From an uncultured virus (IMG/VR IMGVR_UViG_3300027917_000001) (taxonomy: Duplodnaviria > Heunggongvirae > Uroviricota > Caudoviricetes): a stretch of 20,000 bases of DNA. How positions within the stretch are numbered: the first letter of the stretch is position 1; every line of letters begins with the position of its first letter. The notes below the pieces were generated by a model. The model saw nothing but the letters and a program-made list of their open reading frames with translations. It did not search any database and was not told the origin of the DNA. Shown here in pieces: positions 14,616-20,000 of the stretch. Location of the stretch: the IMG/VR virus record IMGVR_UViG_3300027917_000001, one strand, 5' to 3'. A program made the position numbers and the translations under genes.

Positions 14616-15668
14616 ATGTCTGGTGAAGGGCAAGTGGCTAGTGGCCGAGTCACAGAAGACGAGCTGTTGGGCGCAGCCGTCGCAGCGGCCACCGACCAAC
14701 ACTTCGACAAACTGTCGGAGGCAGACGCTGAGACTGACGAGACCCCGGAGGTAACCGACACGGACCCCGAGGGCAACGAGGAGGTCGAAGGCGAAGGGGA
14801 GGTCGAGGGCGATGAGGCCGAGGGGACCAAGGACCTTGACGAAGACGACGAGGCAACCGAGGACTCCGATGAGGAAGAGGAAGAGGAAGACGAAGACCTC
14901 ACGCCAAGGCAAGGAGATGGACGCTTTGAGAAGCGATTCTCGAAAGTAGACCCCAACTCACTGCCCGAAGAGCTGAAGCCCATATACCGATCCATGCAGT
15001 CTGACTACACCCAGAAGACGATGGAAGCGGCGAAGTTGAGGGCAGAGGCTCAGGAAGTCCTGAACGCCGTGAAGGAGTTCGAGGATACGCTGAACACGCC
15101 TCAGGGACTAACGGACCTGATCATTCAAGCGTGGCAGTCGGACCCGGATACTTTCACGAAGGCGATCGAGCGGATCGACCAGCTATCGACAGAGCCACGC
15201 GAACGCGAGATTTGGGAGCGCGAGCAACAGCTCAGACAGCAGGAGATCAGACTCAAGCAGCAACAGCGTCAGATCGTCGCCGGTAGCGAGCAGGAAGTCC
15301 TCATGCAAACCATCTCGAAGATCCGACAGATGGAGGAGGACACAGGGCTTCCGTATGACATGATCGAGGAGTATGTGACAGCCAAGCTAGTCACTCTGCG
15401 CGGTGCGAAGGGTGGACTACCTGCAACCTCTGCTGACATCGACCGTGTTCTCGATGAGTTTCGCACGTCGCTAGGGCCTCGTGTCGTGAGACAGAAGCCC
15501 AAGGCGAAAGCGAAAAAGAAAGCAAAGGCCCCAACGGTGTCAGGGCAGAAGAAGACGCCCAGTACACCACCGGCAGGAAAGAAGCCGGAAGAGCTGCCCA
15601 CCAATGCAGACGACATGTTCGAGCATGTGTTCGAGAAAGCAGTCACTGAGGCGGGTATGTTCAAGTAG
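14616..15668 (+). CDS. Capsid scaffolding protein
   Basis: Start reassigned to ATG 14616 (SD AAAGGA 8 nt upstream). Very acidic N-terminus, 'YRSMQSDYTQKTMEAAKLR' scaffold-type motif, coiled coil, K-rich linker and terminal helix; directly upstream of the capsid gene. Confidence 0.82.
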   Translation: MSGEGQVASGRVTEDELLGAAVAAATDQHFDKLSEADAETDETPEVTDTDPEGNEEVEGEGEVEGDEAEGTKDLDEDDEATEDSDEEEEEEDEDLTPRQGDGRFEKRFSKVDPNSLPEELKPIYRSMQSDYTQKTMEAAKLRAEAQEVLNAVKEFEDTLNTPQGLTDLIIQAWQSDPDTFTKAIERIDQLSTEPREREIWEREQQLRQQEIRLKQQQRQIVAGSEQEVLMQTISKIRQMEEDTGLPYDMIEEYVTAKLVTLRGAKGGLPATSADIDRVLDEFRTSLGPRVVRQKPKAKAKKKAKAPTVSGQKKTPSTPPAGKKPEELPTNADDMFEHVFEKAVTEAGMFK

Positions 15669-15687
15669 GGGTCAGAGCTAACCCCTA
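15666..15687 (+). other. Intergenic hairpin between scaffold and capsid genes
   Basis: TAGGGGT-cagagcta-ACCCCTA, perfect 7-bp stem, no U tract, just 5' of the capsid SD AGGAG (15696-15700). Confidence 0.6.
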
Positions 15688-15708
15688 TCGCCATCAGGAG
15701 ACACAACA

Positions 15709-16956
15709 ATGGCAACATCACGTGATGCAACCCTGACGGTCATCGACGGGATCTTGAAGGATACACATCTCCTTCAGCAGATCCAGAATGCCGTCAACAA
15801 GAGCACCGTGTTGCTGAGCCGTCTTGGTGTTTCCCGAAGCATGAGCGGTCGTAAGGGTCTCTTCTCGGTGCAGGTTGGTACCCATCAGGGTGTCGGCGCC
15901 CGAGCTGAGAACGCAACCCTGCCCGTCTCCGGTTTCGGTGAGTACATCCAGCCGGAAGTCACGGTGAAATACCTCTACGGTGTGTTCAACATCACCGGTC
16001 CTACTATCGCCGCAACGCGAGATAACAAAGGCGCCTTCGCGGATGCTCTCAAGCGTGCGATCATGGATACCCGCGAGGGCTTGAAGCTGGACGTTCAGCG
16101 ACAGGTCTGGGGCGACGGTTCCGCGATCATCGGGTTGACGAATGGTACGGGTGCCGGTGGCGCCACTATCCAGATCGACAGCCCGTACGGTTTGGCGCGT
16201 TATGATAACGGGCATCCCGTCAAGTTCATCAAACGGAATGCGATCGTTGACACGCTCGATACCACGAACAGTGATGCCGTGCTGGACGACGACATTACGG
16301 TCACGGCTGTCGCACACGCCGCAACCTATACCTCGATCACACAGGCTGGCACTTGGAGTGGCACGATCGCTGACGGCGACAAGGTTGTCCGTTACGACGT
16401 GACCCCGGGGCTGGAGATCGAGCTGCGCGGATTGTCCGCGATCGTTGATACGACTGGTCACGAGAGTGGTGGTAAGTACCTTGGCATCGTCCGGGCATCC
16501 TACCCAGAGTGGCAGGGCAACGTCGTGGATAACTCTACTGCCGACATCACCGAGGCACGGCTTCGCGCCATGCTCGACTTGGTGGAGACAGAGGGTGACT
16601 CGCGTCCTGACCTGATCATCACCAACTACAACCAGCGTGCCAAGTACGAGGCGCTGTTGACTCCATCGAAGCGGTTTGTCAGCCCGATGCAGCTTGAGGG
16701 TGGCTTCACAGCCCTTGAGTTCGATGGTCTGCCAATCGTTGTCGATAAGGACGCGCCGCCCGAGCACTGGTGGTTCGTTGACACGTCTACAATCCAGTGG
16801 TTCCAGATGTCCGACTTCATGTGGATGGACAAGGATGGTAGTGTGCTCGACCGCGTGCAGGGCAAGGACGCGTATCAGGCCGTCCTGTTCAAGTACGCCG
16901 ATCTCGGTTGTACCGATCCGGCGAACAACGCTGTCCTCTACGGCTGCGGTATCTAA
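15709..16956 (+). CDS. Major capsid protein (HK97 fold) with a central insertion domain
   Basis: 415 aa. 'GVGARAENATLP', 'KYLYGVFNITGPTIAAT', 'LKLDVQRQVWGDGS', 'ELRGLSAIVD', 'PDLIITNYNQRAKY', 'GGFTALEFDGLPIVVDKDAP' are typical of this capsid family; follows the scaffold. Confidence 0.92.
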   Translation: MATSRDATLTVIDGILKDTHLLQQIQNAVNKSTVLLSRLGVSRSMSGRKGLFSVQVGTHQGVGARAENATLPVSGFGEYIQPEVTVKYLYGVFNITGPTIAATRDNKGAFADALKRAIMDTREGLKLDVQRQVWGDGSAIIGLTNGTGAGGATIQIDSPYGLARYDNGHPVKFIKRNAIVDTLDTTNSDAVLDDDITVTAVAHAATYTSITQAGTWSGTIADGDKVVRYDVTPGLEIELRGLSAIVDTTGHESGGKYLGIVRASYPEWQGNVVDNSTADITEARLRAMLDLVETEGDSRPDLIITNYNQRAKYEALLTPSKRFVSPMQLEGGFTALEFDGLPIVVDKDAPPEHWWFVDTSTIQWFQMSDFMWMDKDGSVLDRVQGKDAYQAVLFKYADLGCTDPANNAVLYGCGI

Positions 16957-16967
16957 TCGCGGCTTAG

Positions 16968-17050
16968 GCCCCAACGGAGCGGGGTGACATACTCTGAGAG
17001 TTCGAGCCGGGAGATCGTTAGGCTCCGCTAGAGATTTCCCGGCCAACTCT
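16968..17050 (+). ncRNA. Candidate structured RNA element with loop-loop (kissing) complementarity
   Basis: Hairpin A GCCCC-aaCGGAGC-GGGGT. Hairpin B AGAGTT/AACTCT + GCCGGGAGATC/GATTTCCCGGC + TAG/CTA with loop GCTCCG. The loops are exact reverse complements over 6 nt. Confidence 0.55.
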
Positions 17051-17069
17051 ATAACTCAAGGAGCACATC

Positions 17070-17636
17070 ATGGCTGGAACAGCCCGCACAGGCCGGAAAG
17101 AACACAGAACCGGCTCAGAAGTAGCTGCATTACGCGAAGAGTTCAACAAGGTGATTGCCGATCTGGAATCCATTCGCGTCGGCGCCATTGGCGGCGACGG
17201 TGGCCTACTCTCCGCACCCGGTCTTACGATCGGAACCTCATCGAAGGCAGAAGTCAAGAACGTGGCTGCGGCGATGCAGCTCCGTGGTTCAGGTTCGATT
17301 GCCATTGGAGCGGCAGAGACCGCTTTCACGGCCACGACACATGACATCGCTGACCCAGACACCGATCCTCGTGAAGCCTACTACGTCCTGAGCGTACAAG
17401 CTGACGGATCAACTATCACCATCACCAAGGGTGCGGATGCAGTGGAGGACGCTGCGGTCAAACCAGCGGCACCGGCCGGCGAGGTGATTTTGGGTTGGGT
17501 GAAGATCCAACACGACGGTTCTGCGATCTTTGACGCGACCACCGACGACTTGGACTCAGCGCACCTGACCGTCACATACGAAGATGCGCCGCTGATGGCG
17601 GCTTCTGCACTACTTGCTGGAACGGTCAACGCATAA
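17070..17636 (+). CDS. Putative capsid decoration/cement protein
   Basis: 188 aa, Ala/Thr/Gly-rich; SD AAGGAG; directly after the capsid gene and before a terminator; short N-terminal helix 'EVAALREEFNKVIADLESIR'. Confidence 0.62.
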   Translation: MAGTARTGRKEHRTGSEVAALREEFNKVIADLESIRVGAIGGDGGLLSAPGLTIGTSSKAEVKNVAAAMQLRGSGSIAIGAAETAFTATTHDIADPDTDPREAYYVLSVQADGSTITITKGADAVEDAAVKPAAPAGEVILGWVKIQHDGSAIFDATTDDLDSAHLTVTYEDAPLMAASALLAGTVNA

Positions 17637-17637
17637 C

Positions 17638-17680
17638 GTTGCTTGGGGGCGCGTGTGTTGCGTGCCCCCGCAACAGTTTT
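17638..17680 (+). terminator. Intrinsic terminator closing the scaffold-capsid-decoration unit
   Basis: GTTGC-tt-GGGGGCGCG-tgtgttg-CGTGCCCCC-GCAAC followed by AGTTTT; the U tract is short, so termination is probably leaky. Confidence 0.68.
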
Positions 17681-17691
17681 AGGAGGCGAAG

Positions 17692-17874
17692 ATGCCTCTG
17701 AAAAAGGGCAGTTCTCAAAAGACAATATCCAGCAACATCTCCGAACTGCGCCACGCCGGATATCCACAAGATCAGGCCGTGGCTATTGCTATGGATAAGG
17801 CTGGCAAGTCTCGCAAGAAGAAGAAACGCAAGAAGCGCAGTACACACAAACTGCGGAAGGCGATCTACGGGTGA
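17692..17874 (+). CDS. Small basic protein, MPLKKG...QAVAIA family (DUF6496-like)
   Basis: Perfect AGGAGG SD. '[38 protein letters not shown]' plus a K/R tail; a recurrent small phage protein (from recall). Confidence 0.78.
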   Translation: MPLKKGSSQKTISSNISELRHAGYPQDQAVAIAMDKAGKSRKKKKRKKRSTHKLRKAIYG

Positions 17875-18593
17875 AACGATTCAGCGCGAACGACCTAAAG
17901 GAGATACGCGAGGAGGCATACGAGCGTCAGCGAGAGCGGGCACCAGCGTCCAAGCGTACCGCGCCCAAGATCGGAGTGCCTACACTTCCAGAGAGTAACA
18001 AGATGCCACCGCCTGAGTTTCAGGCAAAACTGGACGAGTTCAACCGTTCCACTGGAGAGCGGCTGTTCTTGTACTACAATCGCAGGGCCATCCCACAGGT
18101 CTCCAATCTGGTCAATATCGAAGGCGTGCGAACCGTCAGGGAATGGGAACCACGCTGGGAGATCTGGCGACCACTCAATGAGCGCATGCCACGTAGTGTG
18201 TTCGATCGCGTCCATCCCGTTATCATAGCGGGGCATGGTCCAGCGGTCAAGATCTGGACATGCCTTGGGGAACCTATCAGTCATATACGACTAGTCATGA
18301 ATAACAGGGAGAGAGTCTTTGCGATTGGCAAATTCAGGGAGCCAGACGACCGTGACATACGCATGTTGCGACTTGGTGACCTGTATCGAGCAGATCCAGA
18401 ACGGGTCATCAAAGAACTGGTCGATGATCCGAACGAAAAACTGACAGCGGATGCTGAGCGGGAACTGGACGACCTGATTCGCGGGATCACTGATTACATG
18501 TACAGCCTGCCGAATCCGATCGTATCCATGAATCCCGAGACCAACGTTGGCGGCAAGGCCGACTGGCGCTCCGCAAAAGGCATGAGGAGGTAG
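17871..18593 (+). CDS. Hypothetical protein (240 aa)
   Basis: GTGA start/stop overlap with the previous gene; long ORF filling the gap. Confidence 0.75.
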   Translation: MKRFSANDLKEIREEAYERQRERAPASKRTAPKIGVPTLPESNKMPPPEFQAKLDEFNRSTGERLFLYYNRRAIPQVSNLVNIEGVRTVREWEPRWEIWRPLNERMPRSVFDRVHPVIIAGHGPAVKIWTCLGEPISHIRLVMNNRERVFAIGKFREPDDRDIRMLRLGDLYRADPERVIKELVDDPNEKLTADAERELDDLIRGITDYMYSLPNPIVSMNPETNVGGKADWRSAKGMRR

Positions 18594-18594
18594 T

Positions 18595-18924
18595 GTGGGT
18601 TTCTATCGAATGGGTGAGGATCAACGTCCGACGCCCGCAGACGTCAAAACGTACGAGGGATACAAAGAGGACACTCCACCCAAGAGTAACGTGAAGTCGA
18701 TGAGCGATCTACTTGTTCAGCGAGGCGAAGAGGAGACGACATACCCTTGCGGGTTCTGTCAACGTCGATTCTCTGGTGAACATGCATTGAAGATCCATAT
18801 CGGCAAGCAGCATCCAAGCGAGAAGGCGCGACAGGAGTATATGCGATCAGCTCGCGCAAAGGCAGAGGCCAACGAAGAGAGGGCTGCTGCGACAGCAGGA
18901 CGCCAAGCTACCCAAGAGGAGTAA
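18595..18924 (+). CDS. C2H2 zinc-finger protein
   Basis: GTG start after GAGGAGG (alternative ATG at 18610). YPCGFCQRRFSGEHALKIHIGKQH = Y-x-C-x2-C-x3-F-x5-L-x2-H-x4-H. Confidence 0.8.
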   Translation: MGFYRMGEDQRPTPADVKTYEGYKEDTPPKSNVKSMSDLLVQRGEEETTYPCGFCQRRFSGEHALKIHIGKQHPSEKARQEYMRSARAKAEANEERAAATAGRQATQEE

Positions 18925-18927
18925 ACG

Positions 18928-19641
18928 ATGGCAACAGCGGGCGATGTTATAGCGTCTGCACGAGACAGCAATCCCGAGTTCCATGAGAGGGCAATCCCTG
19001 ATAAGGTTGCCCTCCGGGCACTACACCGGCTTGAGCGCAATCTTGTCAAGGCCGGTATGGAAGCCAACGCAGACATCTTCATGGTCAACAACATTGGGTC
19101 TGAGATCAGTGTTGGTAACAACGCTGCGAAGAAAGCTGGCTTCTCTCTACCTAATGCACTGAAGTATGGCGACATGTACATCAATTACACTGGAAGCGAT
19201 CCCGTACGGAGAGAGCTGACTGTACTCGATGATGCCAATCGCCAGTTTGGTTTCTCTCATCCTGCCGCCGTGATCGAAGGTAAGGTCATTACCGGTACGT
19301 ATACACCAACACTGTTCCCAATCGACCCACAGGGCGACGGCTGGGACGACGAAGACACGCGACTGTTCTGGGACGGTGCCAGCTCGATTGAGGTCCACTA
19401 CATCGCTGACGTCACAGAGTACACGGCCTTGACGGATGATATACAAAGTCATCCCGGGATCTTTGATGCGCTGGTTGAGGCAGTCACGGCATGGATGGGT
19501 AAGCGATTGCTTGGCAAGGCGATTGATCCGATGACATACTCGACGCTCAAGCAAGATGCCGCAGACGCACGCAACGCATGGGTCGAGGAGGTCACTAACA
19601 CGGCAGAATACGGTGCCAGTTACGTTAGGATGGTCTACTAA
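18928..19641 (+). CDS. Putative head-tail adaptor / ring protein
   Basis: 237 aa; SD GAGGAG. Helical N-terminus 'TAGDVIASARD', beta middle, 'IEVHYIADVTEYTALTDDIQSHPGIFDALVEAVTAW' and a C-terminal helix: the architecture of podovirus adaptor proteins. Confidence 0.62.
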   Translation: MATAGDVIASARDSNPEFHERAIPDKVALRALHRLERNLVKAGMEANADIFMVNNIGSEISVGNNAAKKAGFSLPNALKYGDMYINYTGSDPVRRELTVLDDANRQFGFSHPAAVIEGKVITGTYTPTLFPIDPQGDGWDDEDTRLFWDGASSIEVHYIADVTEYTALTDDIQSHPGIFDALVEAVTAWMGKRLLGKAIDPMTYSTLKQDAADARNAWVEEVTNTAEYGASYVRMVY

Positions 19642-20000
19642 TGCCGACAACCAAGACGGTAGAAGACGTATACGATGCGGCTGTCGCACGGAACAAATTG
19701 AACGACGGCCTACAACTCGTTGGTACCGCTGAAGTTATAGCGCTTGTTAGTCGCGTGCAACAGGAGAAGTTCCTCAAGGCATCGCAGATCAATCCAGAGT
19801 TTTTTGGTACCAACATCGAAGTGACGCTTGACGGGTCGAAGAAAGCTGACCTGAGTACACTGAGTCCTGCGATCGCTTATCTTGACTTGGTGGTCATTGC
19901 GAATAAGGGAACGTCTGGGTATACAAACGGTGACGAGGTGAACGTTGTTGCGGTGCGAGACTTCGATGCAGAACTTGCGCCACGTATGTTCAAGCAGCGA
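19641..20000 (+). CDS. Second adaptor/ring-like protein, truncated by window end
   Basis: Not in the ORF track (no stop in window). TAATG overlap; own translation MPTTKTVEDVYDAAVARNKLNDGLQLVGTAEVIALVSRVQQEKFLKASQINPEFFGTNIEVTLDG... is open to 20000. Confidence 0.65.
   Translation, partial: MPTTKTVEDVYDAAVARNKLNDGLQLVGTAEVIALVSRVQQEKFLKASQINPEFFGTNIEVTLDGSKKADLSTLSPAIAYLDLVVIANKGTSGYTNGDEVNVVAVRDFDAELAPRMFKQR

Larger units (their letters stand above)
1..20000 (+). mobile_element. Tailed dsDNA phage (or prophage) structural gene module
   Basis: Co-directional dense genes with portal, scaffold, major capsid, fibre-like and adaptor-like products; no host genes. Free phage versus prophage cannot be decided here. 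Confidence 0.95.

Noticed and set aside
17004..17016. GAGCCGGGAGATC resembles part of the cobalamin riboswitch B12 box
   Set aside because: Other conserved cobalamin elements are absent and this sequence is paired within a long stem. No CUGANGA/GAAA hammerhead core either.
15718..17046. 442-aa antisense ORF opposite the major capsid gene
   Set aside because: It mirrors the capsid codons in register; biased sense codon usage removes antisense stops. No SD, promoter or recognisable protein features.
16954..17072. Programmed frameshift or read-through fusing capsid to the downstream protein
   Set aside because: No slippery heptamer near the capsid end; in-frame read-through stops at TAG 17029-17031, and the downstream gene's frame has TAA at 17052-17054.
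17693..17710. TGCCTCTGAAAAAGGGCA resembles lambda nutR boxB (GCCCTGAAAAAGGGC)
   Set aside because: It encodes the conserved MPLKKG N-terminus, needs a bulge, and has no boxA nearby; likely coincidental.
275..19816. Many other minus-strand and nested ORFs (e.g. 4332-4949, 10447-11100, 14333-14995, 19147-19689)
   Set aside because: All overlap well-supported + strand genes and have low-complexity shadow-ORF composition.
2184..19876. GCGATCGC (cyanobacterial HIP1) at 2184, 3904, 4385 and 19869
   Set aside because: Three of the four are GCG-ATC-GCT (Ala-Ile-Ala) in frame, so codon usage explains them; too sparse to infer a cyanobacterial host.

Overview
The whole window is the virion-morphogenesis region of a dsDNA tailed bacteriophage (Caudoviricetes, probably short-tailed). 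About 22 tightly packed genes lie on the + strand, many coupled by TAATG overlaps. Order: portal (24-2258); a ~12 kb block of 13 genes, mostly beta-rich, repeat-containing fibre/appendage-like proteins plus a holin-like membrane protein and a DUF1617-like protein; scaffold (14616-15668); major capsid protein (15709-16956); a probable decoration protein; a small basic protein; a C2H2 zinc-finger protein; and two tandem head-tail adaptor/ring-like proteins, the second truncated by the window. Highlights: (i) an ~85-nt RNA element after the capsid stop codon with two hairpins whose loops are exactly complementary (CGGAGC/GCUCCG, a kissing-loop candidate); (ii) two twin sigma70-type promoters (TTGACA-17-TATATT with TGn), the second followed by a ~140-nt multi-hairpin leader before the scaffold gene; (iii) a modular set of appendage genes with paralogous anchor domains and low-GC, apparently swapped domains, placed between portal and scaffold. 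All protein calls come from motif recognition and synteny, not database searches. No RT, integrase, tRNA or CRISPR array was seen.
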